A stretch of DNA of 64,000 nucleotides from an uncultured Acidimicrobiia bacterium (GTDB taxonomy: Bacteria > Actinomycetota > Acidimicrobiia > Acidimicrobiales > AC-14). Below the pieces are notes generated by a model. It worked only from the letters and a program-made list of their open reading frames with translations, did no database searches and was not told the origin of the DNA. The stretch spans positions 96,001 to 160,000 of the forward strand of contig CAWIIV010000012.1 of assembly GCA_963836205.1 (NCBI GenBank), read 5' to 3'. Positions 52,275 through 64,000 of the stretch are shown piece by piece (positions within the stretch are counted from its first letter, which is position 1; every line of letters begins with the position of its first letter). Made by a program: the position numbers and the translations under genes.

Positions 52275-53645
52275 GTGAAGACCACCGTCGAACCCCTCGA
52301 GGGCAACAAGGTCAAGCTTTCCGTCGAGGTCGACGAGGGCGAGTTCAGCGACGCCATCGACGCCGCCTTCCGAAAGATCGCCCGCCAGGTGCGAATTCCG
52401 GGCTTCCGGCCCGGAAAGGCGCCCCGCCAGATCATCGAGGCCCGGGTCGGGCTCGACGCCGCCCGCCAGGAGGCGCTGAGCGATTCGCTCCCCGGCTTCT
52501 ACGAGCGGGCGCTCAAGGAGAACGACATCGAGGCCATCGCCGCGCCCGACATCGACATCACGTCGGGCCGGGAGTCGGGGCCGATCATGTTCGACGCGGT
52601 GGTCGAGATCATGCCGACGGTGCAGGTGGCGGGCTACCAGGGGCTGAAGGTGGTGCTCCCCGGGTTCACCGTCACCGACGAGAACATCGACGGCAAGCTC
52701 GAGATGATGCGCGACAAGTACGGCGAGCTCGTTCCCGTCGCCCGCGCCGCCCGCGACGGCGACTACGTGTCGATGGACCGCAAGCTCTATCGCCACGACG
52801 AGACGATCATGGCCGCCGAGGACGAGCTCTACCAGGTCGGTTCCAGCACCGCCGGCAACGACCTCGACAGCAACCTGCGGGGCGCCCGGGCGGGCGACAT
52901 CCTCAAGTTCAACGTCGAGCACCCCGACCCCGCCATCGGCGAGGTCACGTTCCAGGTGCTGGTCAAGGAGGTCAAGGAGAAGGTCCTCCCCGAGGTCACC
53001 GACGAGTGGGCCCTCGAAGCGTGGGAGCTCGATTCGGTGGAGGAGCTCCGCAAGGACATCCGCTACCAGCTCGAGGCGGTGAAGAAGGTGGAGAACGCCT
53101 TCGTGATGCGGGGCCGCGTGGTGGAGGCGCTGGTCGAGCTGGTCGACGAGGACATCCCCGAGGCGCTGGTGTCGGCCGAGCTCGAGCACCGCCTGCGGGG
53201 CCTCATCCAGAAGGTCACCAAGGAAGGCCTCGACCTCGGCGCCTGGCTCCAGGCCACCGGCCGCACCCAGGAAGACGTGATCCTCGAGCTGCGCAACGAC
53301 TCGGTGGCCGCGGCCAAGCTCGACCTGGCCCTGAAGGCCATCGCCGAGCTGGAGAACATCGACGTCGACGACGCCGAGATCGACGCCGAGATCGCCCGGC
53401 TGGCCGAGAAGACGGGCAAAAAGGCCGCCGCCATGCGCCGCGACCTCGACGGCGCAGGCAGTTTGCCCGCGGTACGCTCGGATCTCAGGAAGTCAAAGGC
53501 CCTGGAATGGCTGATCGGCCAGACCGAGTACGTCGACGAGGAAGGTCAACCCGTCGACCGCTCGCACCTGTTCCCGCCGGACGCCGAGCCAGACCCCGAG
53601 GCTGACGCCGCGCAGGAAAGCCCAGAAGCGATCGAGGCCCAGTGA
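52275..53645 (+). CDS. tig: Trigger factor
   Basis: [10 protein letters not shown] motif; lies upstream of clpP-clpX. Confidence 0.95.
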   Translation: MKTTVEPLEGNKVKLSVEVDEGEFSDAIDAAFRKIARQVRIPGFRPGKAPRQIIEARVGLDAARQEALSDSLPGFYERALKENDIEAIAAPDIDITSGRESGPIMFDAVVEIMPTVQVAGYQGLKVVLPGFTVTDENIDGKLEMMRDKYGELVPVARAARDGDYVSMDRKLYRHDETIMAAEDELYQVGSSTAGNDLDSNLRGARAGDILKFNVEHPDPAIGEVTFQVLVKEVKEKVLPEVTDEWALEAWELDSVEELRKDIRYQLEAVKKVENAFVMRGRVVEALVELVDEDIPEALVSAELEHRLRGLIQKVTKEGLDLGAWLQATGRTQEDVILELRNDSVAAAKLDLALKAIAELENIDVDDAEIDAEIARLAEKTGKKAAAMRRDLDGAGSLPAVRSDLRKSKALEWLIGQTEYVDEEGQPVDRSHLFPPDAEPDPEADAAQESPEAIEAQ

Positions 53646-53670
53646 ACAAGGTCCCAACCGAGAAGGTGCA

Positions 53671-54306
53671 GTGACTCAGCCGATTCTGAACTACCTCGTC
53701 CCCACCGTCATCGAGCAGACGAACCGCGGGGAGCGGGCCTTCGACATCTACTCCCGGCTGCTCAAGGAGCGCATCATCTTCCTGGGCACCCCCATCGACG
53801 ACACCGTGGCCAACCTGATCATGGCCCAGCTGCTGCACCTCGAGTCGGAAGACTCCGACAAGGACATCAACCTCTACATCAACTCGCCGGGCGGCGAGAT
53901 CACCGGGTTGTTCGCCATCTATGACACCATGCAGTTCATCAAGCCCGACATCGCCACCTACTGCATGGGGCAGGCGGCGTCGGCGGCAGCGGTCCTTCTC
54001 GCCGCCGGCACCAAGGGCAAGCGTCACGCCCTGCCGCACTCCCGGATCCTGCTCCACCAGCCGTACAGCGGCGCCGGTGGCCAGGCCTCCGACATCGAGA
54101 TCCAGGCCCGGGAGATCACCCGCATGCGGGAGCTCCTCGAGTCGGTCGTCGCGCACCACACCGGACAAACCCTCGAGCGGGTCAACAAGGACACCGACCG
54201 CGACTTCATCTTGAGCGCGGACGAAGCGAAGGCGTACGGAATCATCGACGAGGTGATCGCGACCCGCGAACTGAACCCAGTTCCCCAGGTCGCGGGCGTC
54301 AGCTAG
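53671..54306 (+). CDS. clpP: ATP-dependent Clp protease proteolytic subunit
   Basis: [28 protein letters not shown]. Confidence 0.97.
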   Translation: MTQPILNYLVPTVIEQTNRGERAFDIYSRLLKERIIFLGTPIDDTVANLIMAQLLHLESEDSDKDINLYINSPGGEITGLFAIYDTMQFIKPDIATYCMGQAASAAAVLLAAGTKGKRHALPHSRILLHQPYSGAGGQASDIEIQAREITRMRELLESVVAHHTGQTLERVNKDTDRDFILSADEAKAYGIIDEVIATRELNPVPQVAGVS

Positions 54307-54339
54307 AACTGTCAAGCCAGGCTTTAGGGGGTCTTCGGA

Positions 54340-55619
<1,280 letters not shown>

Positions 55620-55623
<4 letters not shown>

Positions 55624-56186
55624 CCCACCGTCTCCCGGTGCAGGAGCGAGCGGAGCCTCGCCAACCGCGGGTACATGCTCGGCCCGCCCAGGGCGACGAG
55701 CAGCTCCTCGATGATCTCGACGTCGAGATCGGGCCGGGCGGTGGCGACGGCGGCCAGGTCGACCCAATCCTTCGGACGGCCGTAGGACAGCTTGAACAGG
55801 CAAAGGTCCTCCGCACCGAGGAAGGGGAGGACGTCGTCGCCCCGCCCGAAGGGCCGTTGGACCCGGCGCCCTTCGATCTCGCGGTAGCGCTCGTCGAGGG
55901 CGGGGAAGACGTCGACCGGGAAGGGATCCTCAGCGTGCTCGAAGCGGATACCGGCGATCGGCGGCTGGTCGTCGGCTGGGCCTTCCTCCGGACGTAGCCC
56001 GAGCCGCGCCAGTGCCTTGACGACCCGATCGAGCGAGGTCGGGGGCAGGAACACATTCACGTCGATGTCGACGGTTCCTCGGGGCTCGGCCACGTAGGCC
56101 AGAGCCAGGGCTCCCCCGAAGGCATGGCTCACGCCGGCCTCGTCGAGGTGCCGGTGGACGGCGATGATGAGGTCGACCAGGCCCAT
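55620..56186 (-). CDS. Nucleotidyltransferase-fold protein (putative toxin)
   Basis: [29 protein letters not shown]. Confidence 0.75.
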
Positions 56187-56199
56187 CAGTTCGGGCCCA

Positions 56200-56550
56200 T
56201 CAGCGGGACCTGACGATCGTCTCGGCCAGGTCGAGCACCGCGTTGATGGCTCGGACGCGCACCGCCATGGGCGTGTCGGGCGTGATGGTGAGGGGCTCCT
56301 TCGGGGGCTCGTCCGTGGGCCCCTCGGGGTCGAAGGCGGGAGGCGGGAACGCGAGGAGGCGGCTCCCGGCGGCGGCGAGCAGCTCGTAGCCACAGCCGGC
56401 CAGGAGCCGGTGGAGGGTCTCTGCGCTCGGCGCCCGCCGGTCGTTCTCGATGGCTGAGATGTTTGCCTGTTCGATCCCGGAGATGGTGGCGAGCTGACTC
56501 TGGGTCAACCCCCGGGAGCTCCGAGCTCGCCGCACGACCGGGCCGTACAT
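56200..56550 (-). CDS. XRE-family HTH protein (putative antitoxin)
   Basis: ARSSRGLTQSQLA..EQANISAIENDRRAPS. Confidence 0.85.
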   Translation of the reverse strand: MYGPVVRRARSSRGLTQSQLATISGIEQANISAIENDRRAPSAETLHRLLAGCGYELLAAAGSRLLAFPPPAFDPEGPTDEPPKEPLTITPDTPMAVRVRAINAVLDLAETIVRSR

Positions 56551-56556
56551 CCCCGA

Positions 56557-56575
56557 ATCATATCGAGAACGATAT
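56557..56575 (-). promoter_or_regulatory. -10 TATGAT overlapped by the palindrome ATATCG-N4-CGATAT (putative operator)
   Basis: Seen directly; the -10 lies 6 nt before ATG 56550, consistent with a leaderless transcript. Confidence 0.55.
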
Positions 56576-56699
56576 CTGCCGGCTGCCGGCTCGCCGGCTG
56601 GCCTCGGAGTGAGAAACGCCCGACCCAGCGGCGAGACGCGGCACCGCCCTCCCGCACGCCGTTGTGCGGAAGGGCGGACGCTGCTCCTGGCGCTGACCC

Positions 56700-57110
56700 T
56701 CAGGCGTCGGTGGTGAGGCTGAGGTAGACGGTCGAGGACTTGTCGCTCATGTTGTTGGCGCACGTCCGGAACACGCCGGGGAAGGCGCCGGGGTTGGTGG
56801 CGGTGGTGATGAACCTGCCGTAGCTCGACACGGGGCTGGCGCCGCTGTTCCCGACCTCGACGAAGCTCGACGAGCCGGTGGTCTTGACCAGGAAGACGAA
56901 CTTCACCTTATGGCCGGACACCACGAAGTCGTTGGCCTGGGCGTTGAGGTAGGCGGTGGTCGGCAGGTCGATGCAGCGGCGGTCGCCGGCGGGGACGGTG
57001 ACGGTGCCGTTCTGGCTGGCGGCGAGGGCCGACTGGGGGGCGAGCACGAGGAGGCTTCCTGCGACGGCAGCGGCGGCGACGAGCTTCTTGATCATGGCCT
57101 GCTTGCTCAT
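56700..57110 (-). CDS. Small secreted protein
   Basis: Signal peptide ending ALA, two Cys; AAAGGA RBS. Confidence 0.75.
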   Translation of the reverse strand: MSKQAMIKKLVAAAAVAGSLLVLAPQSALAASQNGTVTVPAGDRRCIDLPTTAYLNAQANDFVVSGHKVKFVFLVKTTGSSSFVEVGNSGASPVSSYGRFITTATNPGAFPGVFRTCANNMSDKSSTVYLSLTTDA

Positions 57111-57309
57111 GGTTGGGGGTCCTTTCGGGTCCTGGTATCGGCCTTTCCGACACGACCAGCGTTCGCCTTCGCCCTTTCCGGGTCCGTGCCGGGGGATTGC
57201 CGGACAGCCGCCTCCGGGCGTTCCCGCTTGCCAAGGCCTTGCCGGGCCGGGCTTGGGAGAGGGGGGCCACGGGTAGGGTGGGTTCCGAACCGGCCCTAGG
57301 AGGTTGTCT

Positions 57310-57690
57310 ATGCGGAAAGCCGTGAAGTTGTTGATTGTGGGAGGGGTGGTCGGGGCCGCGGTGGTCGCGGTCAAGTCCTTCCGGTCCGAGGAGCAGGTCG
57401 AGAACCTGCCCGCCCAGGCGGCCAAGTCGGCCGGAATGGGTGCCGCCGCCGGCGGTGTTCTCGGACTGCTGTTCGACCTGCGGTCCCGCCGCAAGCAGCG
57501 CAAGCGGGGACGCATCACCAAGGCGATCAGCTCGATCCCCGCCCTGCCGTCGCGGAGCAGCCTGCCCGACCTGCACGATCTCGAGCGGGCCAGCCGCAGG
57601 GCTCGCAAGGCCGCGGTGAAGGCCGCCCACCGGGCCCAGGCCACGGCCGAGCACCTGGCCGACGCCACCCGGGAGAAGCTGGCCAGCTGA
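57310..57690 (+). CDS. Hypothetical membrane-associated protein
   Basis: AGGAGG RBS, two hydrophobic segments. Confidence 0.65.
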   Translation: MRKAVKLLIVGGVVGAAVVAVKSFRSEEQVENLPAQAAKSAGMGAAAGGVLGLLFDLRSRRKQRKRGRITKAISSIPALPSRSSLPDLHDLERASRRARKAAVKAAHRAQATAEHLADATREKLAS

Positions 57691-57741
57691 CCCTGCCTGG
57701 CTGCGCCGCCTACCGTCGGGCGGTGTGAATCCGAGGCCGGC

Positions 57742-59052
57742 ATGAACATCGAGGGCGCCCTCGCCTATCTGGACGCCCACGTCAACCTGGAGCAATCGGT
57801 GAGCCGCCGGGCCGCAGCCCGGCGGCTCGATCGCATGAGGGACCTCGTCGGTCTCATGGGCGACCCCCAGTCGAGCTACCCCGTCATCCACCTCACCGGC
57901 ACCAACGGCAAGGGATCGACGGCGCGGATGCTCACCGCCCTGCTGGTGGAGAAGGGGCTGTCGGTGGGCACCTACACCAGCCCCCACCTGGAGCGCATCA
58001 ACGAGCGCCTGGCGTGGAACGGCGACCCGATCGACAACGGGGCCTTCGCCGAGGTGATCGAGGCGGTGGCGCTGTTGGAGCCCCTCCTCGGCTCGCCGCC
58101 GACCCACTTCGAGATCCTCACCGCCGCCGCCTACCGGTGGTTCGCCGACGTCGCGGTCGACGTGGCCGTGGTGGAGGTTGGCCTCGGCGGGCGGTGGGAC
58201 GCCACCAACGTGGCCGACGGCCAGGTGGCGGCGGTCACCAACGTCAGCCTCGACCACGCCGAGGTCATCGGCCCCGCCCTGTCCGACATCGCCGAGGAGA
58301 AGGCGGGCATCGTCAAGGCGGGCAGCGTGGTGGTCGTGGGCGAGACCGAGCCCGAGCTGGTGGACGCGTTCAACCGGGCCGCGTTCGCCACGTCCGCCGA
58401 GGCGGTGTGGCTGCGGGGACGTGACTTCGACTGCACGGCCAACCACCTGGCTCACGGCGGCCGCCACATCGAGCTGGTCACGCCCGGGGCCCGGTTCCCG
58501 GGGCTGTTCCTGCCTGTGCACGGGGCCTACCAGGGCGAGAACGCGGCCATCGCCCTGGCCGCGGCCGAGGCCTTCTTCGGGGCGCCCCTCGACCCCGACG
58601 TGGTCGCCGACGCCCTCGCCGGGGTGCGGCTGCCGGGCCGGTTGGAGGTCATCAGCCGCGACCCGCTCCTCATCCTCGACGGCGCCCACAACCCGGCCGG
58701 CGCGGCCCGCTCGACGGCCGCCATCGAGGAAGCCTTCGCCGGCCGGGGCGGTCGCATCCTGGTGGTGGGGATGCTGATGGGCCGCGACCCGGTGGAGATG
58801 CTCGAAGCCTTCGACGCGGGATCGGCCCGCCTGGTGGTCACCTGCCCGCCGCCGTCGCCACGCGCCATGCCGGCGGCCGAGGTGGCGGCCGCGGCCATGG
58901 CCCTGGGGACGGACGCGGAGGAGGCGGCGTCGGTGCCGGAGGCAGTCGCCACCGCCCTGGCCCTGGCCAGCCCCGACGAGATGGTGGTCGTCACCGGTTC
59001 CCTCTACGTGGTCGGTGCCGCCCGCGCCGCCCTCACCGGCTCGGCCGCCTGA
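57742..59052 (+). CDS. folC: Folylpolyglutamate/dihydrofolate synthase
   Basis: GTNGKGS, TSPHL, EVGLGGRWDATN, LDGAHN, TGSLY. Confidence 0.96.
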   Translation: MNIEGALAYLDAHVNLEQSVSRRAAARRLDRMRDLVGLMGDPQSSYPVIHLTGTNGKGSTARMLTALLVEKGLSVGTYTSPHLERINERLAWNGDPIDNGAFAEVIEAVALLEPLLGSPPTHFEILTAAAYRWFADVAVDVAVVEVGLGGRWDATNVADGQVAAVTNVSLDHAEVIGPALSDIAEEKAGIVKAGSVVVVGETEPELVDAFNRAAFATSAEAVWLRGRDFDCTANHLAHGGRHIELVTPGARFPGLFLPVHGAYQGENAAIALAAAEAFFGAPLDPDVVADALAGVRLPGRLEVISRDPLLILDGAHNPAGAARSTAAIEEAFAGRGGRILVVGMLMGRDPVEMLEAFDAGSARLVVTCPPPSPRAMPAAEVAAAAMALGTDAEEAASVPEAVATALALASPDEMVVVTGSLYVVGAARAALTGSAA

Positions 59053-59123
59053 CGAGCCTGCCGCCCGACCCGGCCCGGCAGGTGGTCAGGTCCGAACCCC
59101 CCGGCCAAGTAGCCTCTCGGCAG

Positions 59124-59552
59124 ATGGATCGCACCCTGGTCATATGCAAGCCCGACGCCGTAGAGCGCGGACTCGTCGGCCAGATCATCTCCCGGCTCGA
59201 AGCCCGCACCCTCCGCATCGCCGCCGCTGAACTGCGCACGATCGACAAGGCGGTGGCCGCCGAGCACTACGGCGAGCACCAGGGCGAGCCCTTCTACGAG
59301 GATCTGGTGGCCTTCATCACCCGGGGGCCGTCGCTCCTACTGGTGGTCGAGGGGCCTCGCGACACCTACGCAATCGTCCGCACCATGATGGGTGTCACCA
59401 ACCCGGCCAACGCCGCCCCTGGCACCATCCGGGGCGATCTCGCCATCAGCAACACCGAGAACCTGATCCACGGCTCGGATTCCCACGAGTCAGCCGCCCG
59501 CGAGATCGCTCTCTTCTTTCCCGGCCTTGTTCCGGGGGAGTCGGGCGCATAG
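59124..59552 (+). CDS. ndk: Nucleoside diphosphate kinase
   Basis: KPDAV, PGTIRGD, NLIHGSDS. Confidence 0.96.
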   Translation: MDRTLVICKPDAVERGLVGQIISRLEARTLRIAAAELRTIDKAVAAEHYGEHQGEPFYEDLVAFITRGPSLLLVVEGPRDTYAIVRTMMGVTNPANAAPGTIRGDLAISNTENLIHGSDSHESAAREIALFFPGLVPGESGA

Positions 59553-59589
59553 CCTCTAGGCCAACCCCAGGCCAGGCGTGGGAGCCACC

Positions 59590-60627
59590 ATGTCCGACAA
59601 CTTCTTCACCGCGTTTCTCGGTCGCGACATGGCGGTCGACCTCGGGACGGCCAACACGCTCGTGTACATACGCGGGCGTGGCATCGTCCTGAACGAACCG
59701 TCCGTGGTGGCGGTGAACGTGAAGGACGGCCGTCCTCTCGCCGTCGGCCTCGAGGCCAAGCGTATGATCGGCCGCACGCCGGGCCACATCCAGGCCGTCC
59801 GTCCCCTCAAGGACGGGGTGATCAACAACTTCGAGATCACCGAGAAGATGCTGCGCTACTTCATCCACCGGGTGCACCAGCGGCGGTGGGCCAAGCCCCG
59901 CATGGTGATCTGCGTCCCGTCGGGCGTCACCGGGGTGGAGAAGCGGGCGGTGCAGGAGGCGGCCGAGTACGCCGGTGCCCGCAAGACCCCGTTCATCATC
60001 GAGGAGCCCATGGCCGCCGCCATCGGCGCCGGGTTGCCCGTCCACGAGCCCACCGGCAACATGGTGGTCGACATCGGCGGCGGCACCACCGAGGTGGCGG
60101 TCATCTCCCTGGGCGGCATCGTCACCAGCCAGTCGGTCCGCATCGGCGGCGACGAGCTCGACGAGGCGATCATCCAGTTCATCAAGAAGGAGTACAGCCT
60201 CGCCCTCGGGGAGCGCACGGCGGAGGAGATCAAGATCGCCCTCGGCTCCGCCTACGAGCTGGAGGAGGAGCTGCACGCCGAGATTCGTGGCCGCGACCTG
60301 GTGACGGGGCTGCCGAAGACGGTCGTGACCTCCACCGAGGAGATCCGGCGGGCCATCGAGGAGCCGGTGCAGGCCATCGTCGACGCGGTCAAGGTCACCC
60401 TCGACAAGACGCCGCCCGAGCTGGCGGCCGACATCATGGAGCAGGGCATCGTCCTCACCGGCGGAGGGGCGCTGCTGCACGGGCTCGACGTGCGTCTCCA
60501 GACGGAGACGGGCATGCCGATCGTCATCGCCAAGAACCCGCTCTACTCAGTAGCCCTCGGAGCCGGTCAGTGCCTCGAGGAGTTCAACGTCCTGCGGCAG
60601 GTGCTTTCGACGTCCGGCGAGCGGTAG
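59590..60627 (+). CDS. mreB: Rod shape-determining protein MreB
   Basis: DLGTANT, EEPMAAAIG, DIGGGTTE, LTGGGALL. Confidence 0.98.
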   Translation: MSDNFFTAFLGRDMAVDLGTANTLVYIRGRGIVLNEPSVVAVNVKDGRPLAVGLEAKRMIGRTPGHIQAVRPLKDGVINNFEITEKMLRYFIHRVHQRRWAKPRMVICVPSGVTGVEKRAVQEAAEYAGARKTPFIIEEPMAAAIGAGLPVHEPTGNMVVDIGGGTTEVAVISLGGIVTSQSVRIGGDELDEAIIQFIKKEYSLALGERTAEEIKIALGSAYELEEELHAEIRGRDLVTGLPKTVVTSTEEIRRAIEEPVQAIVDAVKVTLDKTPPELAADIMEQGIVLTGGGALLHGLDVRLQTETGMPIVIAKNPLYSVALGAGQCLEEFNVLRQVLSTSGER

Positions 60628-60645
60628 CCCCCGGGGGGAGCACGG

Positions 60646-61503
60646 TTGGCTGTGTACCGGCGTTCGAGGCGCCACCGATACCTCTTGCTCCTCCTCGTCC
60701 TCACCTCGGTCACGGTCATCACCCTCGACTTCCGTGACGACGGCCAGGGGGTGCTGGAGTCGGTCCGCTCCGGGGCCCGCGACGCCTTCGCCCCCGTGCA
60801 GTCGACCGTGGGGAAGCTGTTCTCACCCGTCGGCGACTTCTTCGGGGGGATCACCCGCTACCGGAAGGTCCGGGACGAGAACACCCGCCTGCGCCTGGAG
60901 CTGGAGGAGGCCCGGGGCGAGGCCATCCGGGGCGCCGACGCCGTCCGCGAGCGCCAGCTGCTCAACGCCTTGCAACGGCTGGACTTCGCCGGCGACCTCC
61001 GGGGCGTCACCGCCCGGGTGGTGTCCAACTCGCCGTCGAACTTCCAGCTCACGGTCACCGTCGACCACGGCAGCGAGGACGGGGTGGCCACGGGCATGCC
61101 CGTCGTCACCGCCGCCGGCCTGGTGGGACGCATCGCCGAGGTGTCCAAGGACCGGGCCACCGTCCTCCTCCTCACCGACCCCGCCTCGAGCGTGGGCGTG
61201 CGCCTGGCCGGCACCGGCGACGTCGGCGTCGTCACCGGCTCGGGCCGCCGCGACCTGCTGCCCCTCAGCCTGGTGAGCGTGGAGACGAAGGTGGCCGAGG
61301 GCGAGGCGGTGGTCACCAGTGGCCTCCAACAGGGCCTGTTCCCGCCGCAGATCCCGGTGGGACGGGTGCGGGGGGCCAAGATCACCCCCGGCCAGCTGGA
61401 GCAGGAGGTCACCATCGAGCCCGTGGTCGACCTCGACCGCCTGGAGATCGTCCGCATCCTCATCTGGCAGCCGACCCCGTCGCCCTCCGCCTCGAACCGG
61501 TGA
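60646..61503 (+). CDS. mreC: Rod shape-determining protein MreC
   Basis: TM, coiled coil, GMPVV..GLVGRI, VTSG..FPP; synteny. Confidence 0.93.
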   Translation: MAVYRRSRRHRYLLLLLVLTSVTVITLDFRDDGQGVLESVRSGARDAFAPVQSTVGKLFSPVGDFFGGITRYRKVRDENTRLRLELEEARGEAIRGADAVRERQLLNALQRLDFAGDLRGVTARVVSNSPSNFQLTVTVDHGSEDGVATGMPVVTAAGLVGRIAEVSKDRATVLLLTDPASSVGVRLAGTGDVGVVTGSGRRDLLPLSLVSVETKVAEGEAVVTSGLQQGLFPPQIPVGRVRGAKITPGQLEQEVTIEPVVDLDRLEIVRILIWQPTPSPSASNR

Positions 61504-61542
61504 CACTTTCGGGCGTCAGGGCGCCGAAATTCGTCACCAGTT
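61491..61542. repeat. REP-like imperfect palindrome, copy 2 (contains the mreC stop)
   Basis: AACCGGTGAC...GTCACCAGTT; see copy 1. Confidence 0.75.
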
Positions 61543-61630
61543 GGCGGCGGGCGGACTGACTCGGACCGCCGGAGGCGCCTAGTCTCGCCCGGATGCCCAG
61601 GTCTGCCCCGCCGGCCGCCGCCCCCGAGGG

Positions 61631-62167
61631 ATGACGTCCGATCCCCGGTTCCGGGTGCCGTTGCTGCTGATCTCGGCGTTGGCGCTCCACCTGACCCTCT
61701 TCTCGGTGCTGCGGATCGCCGGCACGGCCCCCGACGTCATGCTCCTGGTGGCGGTGGCGGGGGGCCTGGTGGGAGGTCCGGTACGGGGCGCGCTCCTCGG
61801 CTTCGCCGCCGGCATCGCCATCGACGTCTTCCTGCGCACGCCCATGGGCCTGTCAGCCCTCGTGTTCACCCTGGTCGGCTACGGCGTGGGGGTCGTGTCC
61901 ACCGGTGTCCTCACCCCCTCGTGGTACCTGCCGGTGGTCACCGCCTCCGTCGCCAGCGCGGCCGGTATCGTGATCTACGCGATGGTGGGGGCCATGCTCG
62001 GTGAACCGATGGTCAGCCGGCGGCTGTTCACGATCGTGAGCGTGGTGGCGGTGGGCAACGGCATCCTGGCCGTCCCCGTCATCCGGGCCGTCACGTGGGC
62101 CATGGGCGACGACGGCGGCCTCATCGCCGACGTGCGCGGCCGCCGGTCGCGGGCGGAGTGGATGTGA
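61631..62167 (+). CDS. mreD: Rod shape-determining protein MreD
   Basis: PDVMLL, GFAAG..D, hydrophobic; synteny. Confidence 0.9.
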   Translation: MTSDPRFRVPLLLISALALHLTLFSVLRIAGTAPDVMLLVAVAGGLVGGPVRGALLGFAAGIAIDVFLRTPMGLSALVFTLVGYGVGVVSTGVLTPSWYLPVVTASVASAAGIVIYAMVGAMLGEPMVSRRLFTIVSVVAVGNGILAVPVIRAVTWAMGDDGGLIADVRGRRSRAEWM

Positions 62168-64000
62168 GCGGCGACACCACCCGCCTGCGCATGGGGATCC
62201 TGGGCGTGGTCGTGATCTCCCTGTTCAGCGCCCTCCTGGCCCGGCTGTGGTACCTCCAGGTGCTGTCCGCGCCCACGTACCAGAACGAGGCCCAGCTCAA
62301 CAGCGTGCGGTTCATCTACACCGAGGCGCCCCGGGGCCGGATCCTCGACCGCAACGGCAAGGTCCTGGTGGGCAACCGGGTCGTGCCCACGGTGGTGGTC
62401 GACAAGAGCGAGCTGGGCGACAAGCCCGACGACGTGATCGCCCACCTGGCGGCCCTGGTCAACGTGCCCGCGCCGGTGCTCAAGGAGCGGATCGAGGATC
62501 CCCGCTACAGCCCGTTCAAGCCCATCCCCGTGGTCGACGACGTCCCCAAGGAGACGCTCATCCACATCCGTGAGCACCAGGCCGAGTACCCGGGGGTGCA
62601 GGGGGTGATGCTGACCAAGCGCTTCTACCCCAACGGCAGCCTGGCCGCCCACGTCCTCGGCTACGTGGGCGAGATCAACGACAAGGAGCTCGCCCCCCGC
62701 AAGACCAAGGGCTACCGGCCCGGCGACAGCATCGGGAAGTCGGGCGTCGAGCTGGCCTACGAGGACGACCTGCGGGGCCAGCCGGAGGTGGAGAAACTCG
62801 AGGTCGACGCCCAGGGCCGGGTCCTGCGGACGCTCGGCAAGCAGGCGGCGGTGCAGGGCCACGACGTCCGCCTCACCCTCGACCTCGACCTCCAGGTGGT
62901 GGCCGAGGTGTCGCTCCAGCAATCGATCGCGGCGGCCCAGGCCACCTACGACAACGACTCGGCCAAGCGGTTCATCGCCCCCGCGGGATCGGCGGTGGTG
63001 GTCGACCCCCACGACGGCGCGGTGCTGGCCATGGCGTCGTACCCCACCTACGAGCCCTCGACGTTCGTCGACGGGATCAGCGAGAAGACCTTCGCCGCCC
63101 TCAACGACCCCACCGGCCACTATCCCCTCAACAACCGGGTCACCCAGGGCCTCTATGCGCCGGCGTCGACGTTCAAGCTGGTCACGTCGATCGCGGGCCT
63201 GGAGACCGGCCTGATCACGCCCCAGTACACGGTGAACGACCGGGGCACGTTCACCATCGGCGACCCGCCCACCGTCCTCACCAACGCCTTCAGCGAGGCC
63301 TTCGGGTACGTGAACCTGTCGGCCGCCCTCACCGTGTCGAGCGACGTGTACTTCTACGAGCTCGGGTCGCGTTTCTGCCCGGGGGAGTGCAACAACAAGA
63401 TCCAGGACACGGCCAAGGAACTGGGGATGGCCGACTTCACCGAGGTCGACCTGCCGTTCGAGGCCAGCGGGCGGATTCCCGACCAGCAGACCAAGCGCCG
63501 CCTCCACGAGTCGAACCCGGAGGCATTCCAGGAGCCCGAGTGGTACACGGGCGACAACCTCAACCTCGCCATCGGCCAGGGCGACACCGTGATCACGCCG
63601 TTGCAGCTGGTCAACGCCTACGCCACCCTGGCCAACGGCGGCACCGTCTTCGCGCCCCACGTCGGCGGGTCGATCCTCGACGTGAACGGGGCGGTGGTGC
63701 GCACCGTCGAACCGAGGGTGAACCGCAAGACCGAGATCCCGGCCACCATCCGCGATCCGGTAGTGGCCGGCTTCGAGGGGGCGGTGGCCAACAGCCGGGG
63801 GACGGCCGCGCCCGCGTTCGCCGGCTTCCCGACGTCGCGGTTCCCCATCGCCGGCAAGACGGGAACCGCCCAGGTCAACGGGAAGCAGGACACCGCCCTG
63901 TTCTCCGCCTTCGGGCCCACCAACGACCCCCGGTACGCGGTCACGGTGGTGATCGAGGAGGCCGGCTTCGGCGCGGCCGCCGCCGCACCCGTGGCCCGGG
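62164..64000 (+). CDS. mrdA: Penicillin-binding protein 2, runs off the window end
   Basis: APRGRILDRNG, RFYP, GKSGVE, PASTFK (SxxK), GKTGTAQ; not in the ORF track because there is no stop in the window. Confidence 0.95.
   Translation, partial: MSGDTTRLRMGILGVVVISLFSALLARLWYLQVLSAPTYQNEAQLNSVRFIYTEAPRGRILDRNGKVLVGNRVVPTVVVDKSELGDKPDDVIAHLAALVNVPAPVLKERIEDPRYSPFKPIPVVDDVPKETLIHIREHQAEYPGVQGVMLTKRFYPNGSLAAHVLGYVGEINDKELAPRKTKGYRPGDSIGKSGVELAYEDDLRGQPEVEKLEVDAQGRVLRTLGKQAAVQGHDVRLTLDLDLQVVAEVSLQQSIAAAQATYDNDSAKRFIAPAGSAVVVDPHDGAVLAMASYPTYEPSTFVDGISEKTFAALNDPTGHYPLNNRVTQGLYAPASTFKLVTSIAGLETGLITPQYTVNDRGTFTIGDPPTVLTNAFSEAFGYVNLSAALTVSSDVYFYELGSRFCPGECNNKIQDTAKELGMADFTEVDLPFEASGRIPDQQTKRRLHESNPEAFQEPEWYTGDNLNLAIGQGDTVITPLQLVNAYATLANGGTVFAPHVGGSILDVNGAVVRTVEPRVNRKTEIPATIRDPVVAGFEGAVANSRGTAAPAFAGFPTSRFPIAGKTGTAQVNGKQDTALFSAFGPTNDPRYAVTVVIEEAGFGAAAAAPVAR

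Noticed and set aside
57113-57200. Riboswitch upstream of the small secreted protein (GAAA-containing hairpins)
   Set aside because: Hairpins are plausible but I cannot match a known family; needs an Rfam/Infernal search.

Overview
High-GC actinobacterial DNA. Gene content (mreBCD-mrdA, tig-clpP-clpX, folC-ndk, typA, murJ) suggests an Acidimicrobiia-like genome; that placement is an inference. Core and transport genes are interleaved with accessory blocks. (1) 1-8249 is the right part of an integrative element (Prim-Pol, excisionase) ending in a 3'-half tRNA-Arg(TCT) att copy; it carries a P450 plus terpene synthase pair and a KAP NTPase-receiver-TIR fusion. (2) 21.3-26.7 kb is a tightly packed three-gene operon of patatin phospholipase, CHAT/caspase-like protease and MBL hydrolase, a candidate undescribed defence or conflict system. 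(3) 39160-41271 encodes an apparently full-length arthropod-type hemocyanin/prophenoloxidase-like protein with all six copper-ligand histidines, which is very unusual for a bacterium. (4) 41.5-49 kb is a decayed island next to tRNA-Gly/tRNA-Pro, with a dead integrase, toxin-antitoxin modules, ISL3 and ISAzo13. Several accessory genes carry single-base frameshifts that may be assembly errors. All family calls come from motif recognition by eye, not from database searches.
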